From the NCBI GenBank assembly GCA_963734535.1, contig CAVTHS010000008.1, positions 256,001 to 320,000 on the forward strand: DNA of 64,000 bases, in the 5' to 3' direction. How positions within the stretch are numbered: the stretch's first letter is position 1; each line of letters begins with the position of its first letter. The position numbers and the translations under genes are program-made. The notes below the pieces were generated by a model. The model was not told the origin of the DNA. It did not search any database and was given only the letters and a program-made list of their open reading frames with translations. This DNA comes from an uncultured Chloroflexia bacterium. GTDB lineage: Bacteria; Chloroflexota; Limnocylindria; Limnocylindrales; CSP1-4. This document shows, piece by piece, positions 40,546 to 50,727 of the stretch.

Positions 40546-42099
40546 TCACGCGGCGGATGCGTCCTCGTCGCGGCGGTGCGCCCACTTCGCCTCCAGGAGT
40601 CCCCACAGCCGCTCGCGCTCGGACTCGAGCGGGACCCGCGCCACGACCGGCTCGAGGAAGCCGAGCGTGATGAACTTGCGCGCCTCGTCCGGGGTGATCC
40701 CGCGGCTCTCCAGGTAGAAGAGCTGGGAAGGGTCGATCGGCCCGACGCTGCTGGCGTGCGCGGCGCGCTTGCAGTCGGGCTGGTCGATCTCCAGCGACGG
40801 GATGGTCACCGATCGGCTCTTGCGATCGAGGATCATCCCGAACTCGCCGAGGAAGCTGTCCGTCCCGCGAGCCGTCTGCTCGATCGAGATCAGGCCCTTG
40901 ATGTACGCCCGGCTGCCCTGCCCCAGGACCGCCTTGGAGAGCAGGTTCCCGGTCGTGTCCTCGCCGACGTGGCGCGTGTACGAGGTGAGGTCGAAGAGCT
41001 GGTCGGTGCCCCCGAAGACGATCTCGACCTGCTCGACCGAGCTCCCCTGCCCGACCAGGCGGTTGTCGATCCGCGAGCGCACGACCCGGCCGCCGAGCTG
41101 CGCCAGGGCGAGCTTGAGCGTGGCGCCGCGGCCGAGCGTCGCCGCGCGCTGGTGGAGGAGCGTCGTGGAGAGCGGCAGGTCCTGGATCGAGGCGAACGAG
41201 AGCGTCGCGCCCGCACCCAGGTGGATCTCCGTCGTGGCGCCGACCAGTCCCTGCGGGACGGGCTCGCCGGCGGCGCAGGCGATCGCCGGGCCGGGCGCGA
41301 CCTGGTCCTCGATCACGGCAGCCGAGGCATCGCTTCCGAGCCGGATGATCGTCCGGCCGATCAGGGCGCGATCCGGCGTGCCCGCGGCCCAGCGGAGCAG
41401 GATCGGGCGCTCGACCTGCACGCCGTCCGGGACGTGGAGATGGATGCCCTGGCTCCAGAAGCCGCGCGAGAGGGCGGCCAGCTTCTCGTTCGTCGGCAGC
41501 GGCGTGGCGATGAGCGCGTCGCGGATCCCCGGCGCGTCGCGGGCAATGGCAGCGCCGAGCGTCTCCAGGACCACGCCGCGCTCGACGAGGCCGGGCTCGA
41601 GCGCAAGCCGCACGACAACGTCGTCGCGCAGCTCGATGACGCCCGCCGCCCCCTCCGGCAGCGATGCGTCCGAACCGGCGGCGGGCGCGTCGGCGCCGCG
41701 CAGGAACGGTTGCGCCCCGAACAGGTCCGCGGCACGGAAGTCGACGTAGGAGGTGTACAGCTCGCTGGTCTCCACGGGCAGCCGCGCGAAGTCCGACGCC
41801 GCCGCGGCGCGATCCTCGCGCAGCCAGGCAGGCTCGGCGCGCTGCTCGCCGATCGCGGCCGCGAGCGCCGCGTCGGCGAACGTGAACGGGAGCTCGGCGG
41901 GTGGGCGCCGGGCACGCGCCGTGGCGGGACCGGGTCGCGCCGCAGCGGTCGCCGCAGGCGTTATCGCCGCAGTGCCCGCCGGGACGAGGGCCGGCGGCTG
42001 GTTGCCGGCCCGCGCCGCATCGGCGGTCGGGGGCTGCTTGCCGGCCGGCGATCCGCCGTCGGTGGAGGACTCGGCCCCCGCCTCGGTGGGGACCGTCAT
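40546..42099 (-). CDS. sufD: Fe-S cluster assembly protein SufD
   Basis: PAWLREDR, KAVL, PSLEI, AHASSVG, LFYLESRG; follows sufB with overlap. Confidence 0.9.
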   Translation of the reverse strand: MTVPTEAGAESSTDGGSPAGKQPPTADAARAGNQPPALVPAGTAAITPAATAAARPGPATARARRPPAELPFTFADAALAAAIGEQRAEPAWLREDRAAAASDFARLPVETSELYTSYVDFRAADLFGAQPFLRGADAPAAGSDASLPEGAAGVIELRDDVVVRLALEPGLVERGVVLETLGAAIARDAPGIRDALIATPLPTNEKLAALSRGFWSQGIHLHVPDGVQVERPILLRWAAGTPDRALIGRTIIRLGSDASAAVIEDQVAPGPAIACAAGEPVPQGLVGATTEIHLGAGATLSFASIQDLPLSTTLLHQRAATLGRGATLKLALAQLGGRVVRSRIDNRLVGQGSSVEQVEIVFGGTDQLFDLTSYTRHVGEDTTGNLLSKAVLGQGSRAYIKGLISIEQTARGTDSFLGEFGMILDRKSRSVTIPSLEIDQPDCKRAAHASSVGPIDPSQLFYLESRGITPDEARKFITLGFLEPVVARVPLESERERLWGLLEAKWAHRRDEDASAA

Positions 42100-43502
42100 C
42101 CCAGCGACCCCTCCATCTCCATCTTCACCAGGCGGTTGAACTCGATGGCGTACTCCATCGGCAGCTCCTTCGTGAAGATCTCCAGGAAGCCCTGGACCAC
42201 GAGGTTGGTCGCCTCGTTCTCCGTCAGGCCGCGGCTCATCAGGTAGAAGATCTGGTCCGCGCTGATCTTGCCGACGGTGGCCTCGTGGGTCATCGTCGTG
42301 TCGTCTTCCTGGATGTCGATGTACGGGTAGGTGTCCGATCGGCTCGCCTCGTCGAGGAGGAGCGCGTCGCAGCGAACGCTGGCCACCACGCCGGTCGCGC
42401 CCGGCGCCACCTTGAGCGTGCCGCGGTAGGTGGCGCGGCCGCCGTCCTTGCTGACCGACTTGCTGACGATCCGGCTCCGCGTGTTGGGGGCCAGGTGGAC
42501 GGCCTTCGCGCCGGTGTCCTGGTGCTGGCCGTGACCGGCGAACGCCACGCTGATCACCTCGGCCGTGGCGCCTTCGCCGCGCAGGTAGATCGCCGGGTAC
42601 TTGACCGTCGCCCGGGAGCCGGTGTTCGCGTCGACCCACTCGACCGTGGAGCGAGCGTGGGCGTGCGCTCGCTTCGTCACGAGGTTGTAGACGTCGCGGC
42701 TCCAGTTCTGGATCGTGGTGTAGCGGATCTGCGCGCCCGGCAGGGCGATCACCTCGACGACGGCTGCGTGGAGCGCGTCGGTCGTGTAGATCGGGGCCGT
42801 GCAGCCCTCGATGTAATGGACCTTCGAGCCCTCGTCCGCGATGATCAGCGTCCGCTCGAACTGGCCCGTGTTCTCGCCGTTGATCCGGAAGTAGGCCTGG
42901 AGCGGAAGCGGGACCTCCACGCCCTTCGGGATGTAGACGAAGCTGCCGCCCGACCAGACCGCGCTGTTGAGCGCCGCGAACTTGTTGTCCTCCGGCGGGA
43001 TCACGGTGCCGAAGTACTTCTTGACGATCTCGGGGTACTCGCGCAGGCCCTGGTCCATGCCCATGAAGACCACGCCGATCTTGCTGAGCTCCTCGCGGAC
43101 CGAGTGGTAGACCACCTCGGAGTCGTACTGGGCGCCCACGCCGGCGAGGAACTTGCGCTCCGCCTCGGGGATCCCCAGCTTCTCGAAGGTCTGCTTGATC
43201 TTGTCCGGGACGTCGTCCCAGGACTTCTCTTCGCCTTCGGACGGCTTGCGGTAGTACACGATCTTGCTGAAGTCGAGGTGCTGGACGCTCTCGGGGATCC
43301 AGGTGGGCATCGCGCGGGCCATGAAATGGTCGTAGGCGCGCAGCCGGAACTGGAGCATCCAGTCGGGCTCGGACTTGAAGCCGCTGATCTCGACGACCGT
43401 CTGCCGGGTCAGGCCGACCTTCGTCTCCGCGAGGTACGTGACGTCGTCGTGGAAGCCGAACTGGTAGTCCTGGGAGACGATCTCTCCGCGCGCGACAGTC
43501 AT
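42096..43502 (-). CDS. sufB: Fe-S cluster assembly protein SufB
   Basis: AQYDSEVVY, DNKFAALNSAVWSGG, GQFERTLI, EGCTAP, QDTGAK, CDALL, HEA, ELPMEYA. Confidence 0.95.
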   Translation of the reverse strand: MTVARGEIVSQDYQFGFHDDVTYLAETKVGLTRQTVVEISGFKSEPDWMLQFRLRAYDHFMARAMPTWIPESVQHLDFSKIVYYRKPSEGEEKSWDDVPDKIKQTFEKLGIPEAERKFLAGVGAQYDSEVVYHSVREELSKIGVVFMGMDQGLREYPEIVKKYFGTVIPPEDNKFAALNSAVWSGGSFVYIPKGVEVPLPLQAYFRINGENTGQFERTLIIADEGSKVHYIEGCTAPIYTTDALHAAVVEVIALPGAQIRYTTIQNWSRDVYNLVTKRAHAHARSTVEWVDANTGSRATVKYPAIYLRGEGATAEVISVAFAGHGQHQDTGAKAVHLAPNTRSRIVSKSVSKDGGRATYRGTLKVAPGATGVVASVRCDALLLDEASRSDTYPYIDIQEDDTTMTHEATVGKISADQIFYLMSRGLTENEATNLVVQGFLEIFTKELPMEYAIEFNRLVKMEMEGSLG

Positions 43503-43618
43503 CGTCACTCCTCGGGCAGGGTGGCGACCCGCCGCCGCGTGCCCGGGTGGGCAGGTCGGGAGTTCGGCAGCGGGGACGCGCCGGATCGCGAGGGTGCCGC
43601 GATCCGTCGCTGCCGAAT

Positions 43619-43657
43619 TCCGACCTGTATTGTCGGATATCCGGCTGCCGCCGTCAA
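43619..43657 (-). promoter_or_regulatory. suf promoter with a palindromic operator
   Basis: TTGACG(43657-43652)-N17-GACAAT. TCCGAC-N7-GTCGGA (43619-43637) overlaps the -10 element. Confidence 0.65.
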
Positions 43658-43726
43658 ACGGCAACGCGGCGGCGCGCGCGACAGGGCCCGAAGGCAGTCG
43701 CGGCGCTACCAGGACCCTTCGGACAC

Positions 43727-44557
43727 TCAGCGACCAAGCAGCGGGACGGGCGGCAGGCCGAGCGCGATACGGAGCTCGTTCGACGCCGCGGACGCCTGCA
43801 TGTTGGCCGTCTCGGCGTCGCTCCGCTTGGCCTTGAAGTCGGCCCATGTCTTCGACGCCATCGCGGAGTGGTACGAGACGTATTGCTTGTTGTCGGGCGT
43901 GAGGACCTTGCGCGCGAGCGCCTTGAAGTCGCCGTTCCACTTGATCTTCTGCACGTTGCGCATGAACTCGAGTCCGGCGGCCGCCCGCTCCTTCGCCAGG
44001 TGCTTCGCGTCCGCGAGCGTCTGCGCCGACTTGTCCCACGTGGCGGACGCCGCGCCGTTTGATTTGTTGACGGCCGTCGCGGCCTCGAGATACGCCGCGG
44101 CAAGCTGCGTGACGGTCGGGGTCGGCGCAGGGGTCGCGGATGGGGCCAGTGTCGCGGTGGGTGTCGATGCTGCGGGCGTGATGTTCGGGGTCGGCGCCGG
44201 GGTCCGGGATGAGGTTGGCGCCGGGGCGAGTGTCGATGCTGCGGGCGTGCCGGTCGGCACGACGGCGACCGGGGCGGATGGGGTTGACGTCGCGGTGGGT
44301 GCCGATGCTGCGGGCGTGCCCGTCGTCGGCAGGACGGCAACTGGCCCCGATGGGGCCGGCCGGCCACTCGCCGTCAATGCGAGGAAGACGACGACCGTCA
44401 TGAGGACGACCGCGTAGATATTCCGAGGCCGCAGGAGATCAAACGGTTGTTCGCCATACCGGGGCCGCGACGTAACGGGCGCCAGCCTGTGCAGCAGCGT
44501 GTACCTTCGACCCCGGCGTCTGCCCCTCGGCGGCGTCACAACCTCCTCCCTTGACAC
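43727..44557 (-). CDS. Membrane-anchored/secreted Pro-Thr-rich protein with 23-aa repeats (start uncertain)
   Basis: Hydrophobic IYAVVLMTVVVFLAL; three TPAAS motifs at 69-bp spacing; helical C-terminal domain ending LRIALGLP. Confidence 0.65.
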   Translation of the reverse strand: MSREEVVTPPRGRRRGRRYTLLHRLAPVTSRPRYGEQPFDLLRPRNIYAVVLMTVVVFLALTASGRPAPSGPVAVLPTTGTPAASAPTATSTPSAPVAVVPTGTPAASTLAPAPTSSRTPAPTPNITPAASTPTATLAPSATPAPTPTVTQLAAAYLEAATAVNKSNGAASATWDKSAQTLADAKHLAKERAAAGLEFMRNVQKIKWNGDFKALARKVLTPDNKQYVSYHSAMASKTWADFKAKRSDAETANMQASAASNELRIALGLPPVPLLGR

Positions 44558-44701
44558 CCGGCGACAGACGGCGCGGAAGCTCGGACCGCGATCTGTTGCA
44601 TGAAGGCTACGTTGGCAGTGAAGGGTAGATAAGGGCCTTTGTACCCTTCTCGCCTGCCTGCGCGGCCGAGGAATCCGGTGCGACCCCGCAGCGCGCCCGG
44701 C

Positions 44702-46223
44702 TCAGCTGGCTGCCGACTCGTCCCGGGCTGTGGACACGTCGATGGGGTGGCCGCCGGACCCGCTGGCGACGACGACCTGGTCTCGGCCTTTCGCCTTCGC
44801 GAGATACATCGCCGAGTCCGCCGCGAGGATCAGCTCCGCGGCCGAGGTGCCGTGGTCTGGGTATGCGGCCACCCCGACCGACATCGTGGCAGCCGGATAG
44901 GAGCCGGTCGAATTCGTCGAACTGGTGCGCCTTGATTCCCTCCCGCAGCGCCTCCGCCCGGCGGTGCGTGTCGGCCAGCGATGCCTTTGGCAGGATGACG
45001 ACGAACTCCTCGCCGCCGAACCGGCAGGCCACGTCCTCGCCCCGCACCGCCGCCCCAAGGAATTGACTGATCCGCCGCAGGACCTCGTCGCCTGCCGCGT
45101 GGCCGAAGGCATCGTTGAGCTGCTTGAAGTTGTCCAGGTCCGCCATCAGCAGGCCCAGGCCATAGCCCTCGCGCGCAGCCCGTCGGATCTCCCGGTCCAG
45201 AGACTCCTCCATGTATCGGCGGTTGAAGAGACCGGTCAGCGAGTCGCGCGAGGACTGCTCCCGGAGCGTGGCTCTGAGCCGGATGTTGGCGAGGGCGAGG
45301 GCCACCTGCTTTCCCAGCGTCTGGACCAGGCGTTCCCGGTCGGCAAGCCGTGCCACGCGAGCCTTGCTCCCCACCCGCCCGCGGACCTGGACGTGGAGCA
45401 GCCCCAGGGTCTCGGTTTGGGCAGTCAGCGGTTCGCAGAGCAGGCCATTCAGGATCGGTTCCTCGACGTGCGGGCATTTGAGCTCGGGGTCCCCGTCGTG
45501 GACAACGTGGAGCCGGCCACGCCGCAGACCCCAGCACTCGGTCGGGGAGAACACGCTCCGCGACGGGGGTGGACTGCCCCAGAGAGCCACCGCGTCGGCC
45601 GCCGTGCCCGACGACACGAGGGCATACACCGCGCCGGCGTCGCCCGAGAAGAGCGACTCGGCAATCCCGGCGACCACCGCGTATGCCTCGTCGAGCGACT
45701 GGCACGACTCGAGCAGCTCCCCCATCCGGGCCAGGAGGGACAGCTCGCGTCCGCGTTGCTCCAGCTCGTCGGCGTGACGCCTGAGCTCCTCGTTCGCGTG
45801 CTCCAGTTGCTCCTGGAGATTCGTTCGGCTCGTAATGTCGACGATCGTGGCGAAGACGAGCGGACCGCCGGGCACCTCCACCGGAGCAAGGCTGACCTCC
45901 GCCGGGAACTCCGTGCCATCGCGGCGGCGAGCGGCCAGCTCCAGCCCGCTGCCCATCGGACGCGGCGTCGGCTGAAGCCGATACCCGGCTCGGTGCGCGG
46001 CGTGTCGCTCGGCCAGGCGCAGCGGCACGAGGCTCTCGATCGGCTCTCCCAGGAGCTCCTCCGCCGACCAGCCGAACGCGCCCAGGACCCTCGGGCCGGC
46101 GTACACGATCCGACCGCGACCGTCGACGGCAACAACCACGTTGGGGCTCGCGTCGAGCACGATCTCGGCGCTGAGCCCGAGTGGTGCGGTGGCCCGGGCT
46201 CGTGGCACCCGTGGGGCGTCCAT
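44702..46223 (-). CDS. PAS-GAF-GGDEF diguanylate cyclase; indel near 44905
   Basis: PAS (RRRDGTEFPAEVSL), CWGLRRG, DSLTGLFNRR, DLDNFK, RGEDVACRFGGEEF (I-site RxxD), then TMSVGVA and ADSAMYLAK in a shifted frame. Confidence 0.92.
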
Positions 46224-46383
46224 GTCGCTGCGCAAAGTATTGGCCGTGTGTCAAGAAAGGGCCAGCCGGATGTCGGGGGCGACCAAAGGACACGCAAACG
46301 TTGACTCGAGGGCCGGCCACCTGGACGGCGGTTGCGCGGACGGCGGTTGCGCGCTGCGCCGACCCGAGGTCGGCGCCGTTACT

Positions 46384-47085
46384 TCAGTGAGCCGAAGCGC
46401 CGTCCGGGACCGCCACCGTGACCAGTCCGGCCAGCCGCTCGTCGTCCAGGATCTTGATGCCCCCGCTGCGTTCACGCTTCACGAGACCCTCGGACTCCAG
46501 CCCGCGCAATGTCCGGTACATCATCACGCGGCTCGTCCCGATCATGGCTGCGAGGTCGGCTCGCTGTGCCACCGGATGCGGCGTGTCGAAGATCACCTTC
46601 CCGTAGCGGGTGAGGATGGCGGCCATCCGCTGGCGCGCCGTCTCGAACGACCGCTCGTCGAGGCGCACATTGAGAACCACGGCGAACTCCGATGCCAGGT
46701 CAAGGAGGCCGACTGCAAGCCCGGCGTCCTCGAGCGCGAGCCTCCGCAGGAAGTCCGGGTCCCATGTCGCCCAGGTCCCATCCGTCAGAGCGACCAGCTC
46801 GTAGAACGCTTCCCCGTCGCGGTCGCTGATCGAGCGCAGCCCGCCGAAGTAACCCGGCCCCGCGATCAGCGCGGCGTACACCTGCCCCGTCTCCGCGACC
46901 CGGCGATCCATGACGTGCCCGTCGAGCACGACGAAGGGAGGCAGGGGGATCCCCCTCGCGTGCAACACGTCGCGGCTGCTGAAGGACTGTCGCCGAGCCG
47001 CAGCTTCGAGGCGACGCAGCGACCCGGCGTCGGCGTTGGGCAACAGCCGATCAACATGGAGGCCAACCGATTCGATCGCGCCCAT
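46384..47085 (-). CDS. Crp/Fnr family transcriptional regulator
   Basis: cNMP-fold pattern (VVLDG, GPGYFGG, LVALTD) and HTH ADLAAMIGTSR..YRTLRGLESEGLV. Confidence 0.82.
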   Translation of the reverse strand: MGAIESVGLHVDRLLPNADAGSLRRLEAAARRQSFSSRDVLHARGIPLPPFVVLDGHVMDRRVAETGQVYAALIAGPGYFGGLRSISDRDGEAFYELVALTDGTWATWDPDFLRRLALEDAGLAVGLLDLASEFAVVLNVRLDERSFETARQRMAAILTRYGKVIFDTPHPVAQRADLAAMIGTSRVMMYRTLRGLESEGLVKRERSGGIKILDDERLAGLVTVAVPDGASAH

Positions 47086-47264
47086 GGAGGTCCTCTTCGC
47101 CCCCCGCCGGATCGTACTGCATGACGGCCTGTGCTCGGGACTTCGGACAGCGACCGCGGTCCCGGCCGGGTCACGGAAGAGCGACAGCAGCCGCTCGGAC
47201 CGCCGATAGCCGGTTCGGCGGCGAGATCCGATCCCGTTCCGTCGGCCGACGGGAACGCAATCGG

Positions 47265-48506
47265 TCAGGGGCCCGGTGTCGCGTCGGGCGTCAGGGTCGC
47301 GTCGAGCGTTGGCGCGGACGTCGGAGTCGGCGCTGGTTCCGCATTGGGTGTCGGAGTAGGAGTTGGTTCCGCTGGCGAGATCGGGGCCGGCGTGGGCACC
47401 ACGTCGGGTGTCGGTGTCAGGGTCACGCCGGCGGTCGGCGTCGGGCTTGCGTCGGGCGTCACCACGGGCACCGCGTCTGGCGTCGGGGTTGGGCTCTCGA
47501 GCGTAGTCGAAGTCACGACCTCGACCGTGTCCCGCCCGGCGAATGTCCCGCCGCTGCGCAGGGAGCCCTGCACAGTGAATGTGAGCACCCCGCGACTGGC
47601 GCCCACGATTCCGGCCATCGCACTGGGATCGAAGCTGACCGCCACCCGGCCGTCCTTGTCCGCCGCCGCGCCGCTGTTCGGGATGCAGGCATCGCGGAAG
47701 CAGAGTTCCACCGAGGAGAGCGGGATCTCCGAGATCCTCCGCGGTGCGGTGATCGAACGGACGAAGACCGTGATCTGCTGCGCCGAATTGTCCGAACCCA
47801 GCTGGGCGATGCGCCGGAGCCCCGGATCGGGCTGCGGGATCGAGATCGGTAGCGGCCCGAAGTCGATGACCGCTGCCGACGGCTTCGCGACCTCCGCGCT
47901 GCCGCCAACGACGGCACGATCAAGGAGCCACGCCCCGGAGGGCGGAGCCGTGACCCGGTGGAACCTGCTGAGCACGGATCCGATGGCCGGGATCCGAAAT
48001 GCATACTGGCCGACGACGCGCACCTGGTTGTGGCTGAAATCGTCGGAGATGTTGTTCGCATCACCCTTGGTGACAAACCGCCCATTCGACAGGACCTCGA
48101 CCACGCGGTGCGTCACGACCTTGCCGTCTACCTCGAGGGTGAGGATCATCCCAGGCTCCACGACGGCTGGCGGCCGGACGAGAACGATCAGGTCGCCGGG
48201 AAGAATGGTCGGCGCCATGCTGCCGCCCTCGACACCGAGGACGTGATACCAGCGATTGTCGACGAGACCGTACCCGATGAACAGGAACAACACGACGGCC
48301 GCGAAGAGAGCTGCCGTCGAGGCGGCGCCCACTGCACCGCCGAACCGGCGAAGCACGGGCCGCCAGCCGCGCGGTGCCGGGTCCTGTCGCGGGGGCAGGT
48401 ACAGGACCACGAACCCCGTGGTCCCCCCGACCTGCTCGCCATCCTCGGGATCGACCGCCAGCGGAAGGCTCGCGGCCACTTCCGTTGCGGGAGTCATCTC
48501 GGCCAT
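47265..48506 (-). CDS. SipW-type (S26B) signal peptidase fused to a C-terminal beta domain and Pro/Thr tail
   Basis: GGSMAPTILPGD, VTHRV, TKGDAN..D; then SGAWLLD..., a globular region and PT repeats. Confidence 0.85.
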   Translation of the reverse strand: MAEMTPATEVAASLPLAVDPEDGEQVGGTTGFVVLYLPPRQDPAPRGWRPVLRRFGGAVGAASTAALFAAVVLFLFIGYGLVDNRWYHVLGVEGGSMAPTILPGDLIVLVRPPAVVEPGMILTLEVDGKVVTHRVVEVLSNGRFVTKGDANNISDDFSHNQVRVVGQYAFRIPAIGSVLSRFHRVTAPPSGAWLLDRAVVGGSAEVAKPSAAVIDFGPLPISIPQPDPGLRRIAQLGSDNSAQQITVFVRSITAPRRISEIPLSSVELCFRDACIPNSGAAADKDGRVAVSFDPSAMAGIVGASRGVLTFTVQGSLRSGGTFAGRDTVEVVTSTTLESPTPTPDAVPVVTPDASPTPTAGVTLTPTPDVVPTPAPISPAEPTPTPTPNAEPAPTPTSAPTLDATLTPDATPGP

Positions 48507-48543
48507 CGGCAGTGCTCCAATCGCCGTGTCATGGCGAGGACCT

Positions 48544-48570
48544 GGGGGAGGGGTGGGTTACCCCTCCCCC
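48544..48570. terminator. Hairpin downstream of the TasA-like gene
   Basis: GGGGGAGGGGT-GGGTT-ACCCCTCCCCC. Confidence 0.7.
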
Positions 48571-48589
48571 AAAGCCTCCCGGCTCGAGG

Positions 48590-49159
48590 CTAGAAGGTGG
48601 GATCCGCGGGCTGGGCGCCGTCCACGACGAGATTGAATGTCGCGGAGTCGCCCTGGTAGTCGTTACCGGCGGACGTGTCGAGCATGAACTGGTAGTAGAA
48701 GCAGTGGGTGATGTTCACATCAAGCGGATTGGCGATGATGCCAGCCGAACTATTCGACCGGACATCCAGGGCGTTCAGGGCGCCATCGCCCCACACGACG
48801 GGCCACGAGCCCGGGTTTGCGGTACCGCAGTACGTGTGGTGGACGCGGACGTTGAGCTTGTTGAACATCGCCGCGTCGCCGCCAGTGAACGCTGACGTGA
48901 GGCGGTACTTGAGCGGCAGTGTGCCAGGCGCGGAGTTGTACACGAAGACTTCGTACGGGTTGGTCCACTCGCCGGGGGCCATGTTCGAAATGGTGATCGA
49001 GGTGGCGTCCGCACCGTTGAAGCTGACGTGAAGCTTGCCGGCGGTCGCCGTGACCGGATCGGTTGCCTGCGACGTGAACCAGGCGGAGGTGCCAACGACG
49101 CCGGAGATGAGGACGAAGCTCGTCGCAAGTGCGAGGAAGAGGCCGAGTCGCTTGCGCAT
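48590..49159 (-). CDS. TasA/camelysin-like protein with SipW-class signal peptide
   Basis: MRKR-hydrophobic-GTSAWFTS...ATAGKL, NMAPGE, AGNDYQGDSATFNL; AAAGGA RBS. Confidence 0.85.
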   Translation of the reverse strand: MRKRLGLFLALATSFVLISGVVGTSAWFTSQATDPVTATAGKLHVSFNGADATSITISNMAPGEWTNPYEVFVYNSAPGTLPLKYRLTSAFTGGDAAMFNKLNVRVHHTYCGTANPGSWPVVWGDGALNALDVRSNSSAGIIANPLDVNITHCFYYQFMLDTSAGNDYQGDSATFNLVVDGAQPADPTF

Positions 49160-49235
49160 GATCGATCCTTTCGTGCTTCCTCCGCCAACTCGGGCGGAAC
49201 GATTGATGGCGACACCGTAGGGATGACCACGCCGG

Positions 49236-49326
49236 CCGCCATCCGTGCCAGCCCGTAGGCGGGTACGCGTTCAAACCGTGCAGGCAGGGGTCTGAGTGCG
49301 TACAGGGTGTGGTCCCCGGGCGCGGG
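49236..49326. promoter_or_regulatory. Conserved upstream element, copy 1
   Basis: GCCGCCATCCGTGCCAGCCCGTAGGCGGGTACGCGTTC...TGCGTACA...CCCCGGGCGC, nearly identical in its core to 52457-52552. Confidence 0.7.
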
Positions 49327-49516
49327 TTCTCACCCGGGCGAGCACCCCCTTGCCGTGCACCGACCGTGTCCTGGGCCCAATCCCGCCGCCGCTCCGATCC
49401 GACGGCCGGCGAGCCTTCGGACGACCTCTGTGTGACCTCCCGGCGGCTGGTGCCGTTGGGCCGAGCAATCCTGGCGAGGCCAGGGCCGCGCCGTCGGTCG
49501 TCGCGAGTTCGACCGC

Positions 49517-50727
49517 TCAGGGAGCGAGCGTCGCGTCGGGCGTCGGGGTCGCGTCGAGCGTTGGCGCGGATGTCGGGGTGGGATCTGGGTCGAGTGGCGG
49601 CGTCGGCGTGGCCACCACGTCGGGCATCGGCGTCGTCGTGGGGTCGGCGGTCGGTGTCGGGGTCACGTCGGGCGTCGAGGTCGGGGTACGTCGGGCGTAG
49701 GGGCCCGTGTGGGGATCGGGGTCACGTCGGGCGTCGGTGTCGGCTGGAGATCGAGCAGCGGGTTCGGGCCCGGTGCTGCGCCAGCGGTCGACTCGAGCTC
49801 GCAGCCCGCGAATGTGTCCTTCGTCGTGCCGTAGCACGCATCGGTTCCGTCGCCTCCGTCGAGGAGGTCCTTGCCGTTGCCGCCTTCGAGCACGTCGCCG
49901 TCTTCACCGCCGTGGAGAGAGTCGTCGCCGGCCCCGCCGAGCAGCACATCCTTGCCGTTGCCGCCGACCAGGGTGTCGTTGCCGTCCCCACCGACGAGGC
50001 AATCCTTGCCGTTGCCGCCGTAGATCGTGTCGTTGCCCCCGAGGCCGAACACGAGCGCGCCGCCGTGGCCCGCATGGAACGTGTCGTTACCCTCCGTGCC
50101 GACGATCACCTCGGCGAACGTCATGCCGGTGCATTCTGGCGGGGTCGGCGGGGCGATCGGAGTCGGGGTCGGGGTGGGTGTTGGCCATGAGCCCACCGTG
50201 ATCTGCATCCCGGCGCTCGTCCGGTCCGCAAACGAAGCCTCCGAACCGTTCCAGACCGGGAGGATGTGGCCGAGCCAGGGAACGGTCGCGACGTACAGCC
50301 CGTCGACCTGAATGGGCTGGCCGCTCCAGGCGTTGTTCACGCGGTTCGCGTCCCCGCGCGTGACGTAACGTCCCGTCGGCGTTGACGGCCACCACGCGAT
50401 GGGTGACGACCTCGCCGCCCACGCTCATCACGAGGATCATGCCCGGCTCGATCTTCGAGGGAGCCGGCGCGACCAGGATCAGGTCCCCACGCGAGATTGC
50501 CGGCTCCATCGAGCCGCCCTCGATCGTGATCATCCGGTACCAGGGGTTGCCGACGATCCCTGCTCCGATGAAGACGGCGAGCGCCAGGGCGGCGAACAGC
50601 GTCCACTTCGACCAAGGCACCGAGAAGCCGCCCGACACGAGCGATGTCGTGCGAGCGGCATCGCCGGGCGAATGCGGACGGCTTCGGTCGAGTCGCGAAA
50701 GCGCGTCTGGACCTGGGTTCCGCTCAT
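49517..50727 (-). CDS. SipW-type peptidase fused to RTX-like Ca-binding repeats and a Pro/Thr tail; indels near 50640, 50365 and 49700
   Basis: AGGAG-ATG at 50727; [24 protein letters not shown]; [16 protein letters not shown]; GGNGKDxLxGG nonapeptides. Confidence 0.8.

Noticed and set aside
41901-44417. Long antisense ORFs such as this 838-aa ORF, 33687-35906 and 4142-6019
   Set aside because: They are shadow frames of real genes in high-GC DNA and show no recognisable motifs.
46323-46352. 15-bp tandem duplication GGACGGCGGTTGCGC x2 between crp and the DGC
   Set aside because: There are only two copies and no supporting context. It is likely slippage.
49236-49252. sigma54 promoter (TGGCAC) in the duplicated element
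   Set aside because: The spacing is GG-N11-GC rather than N10, and there is no TTGC.
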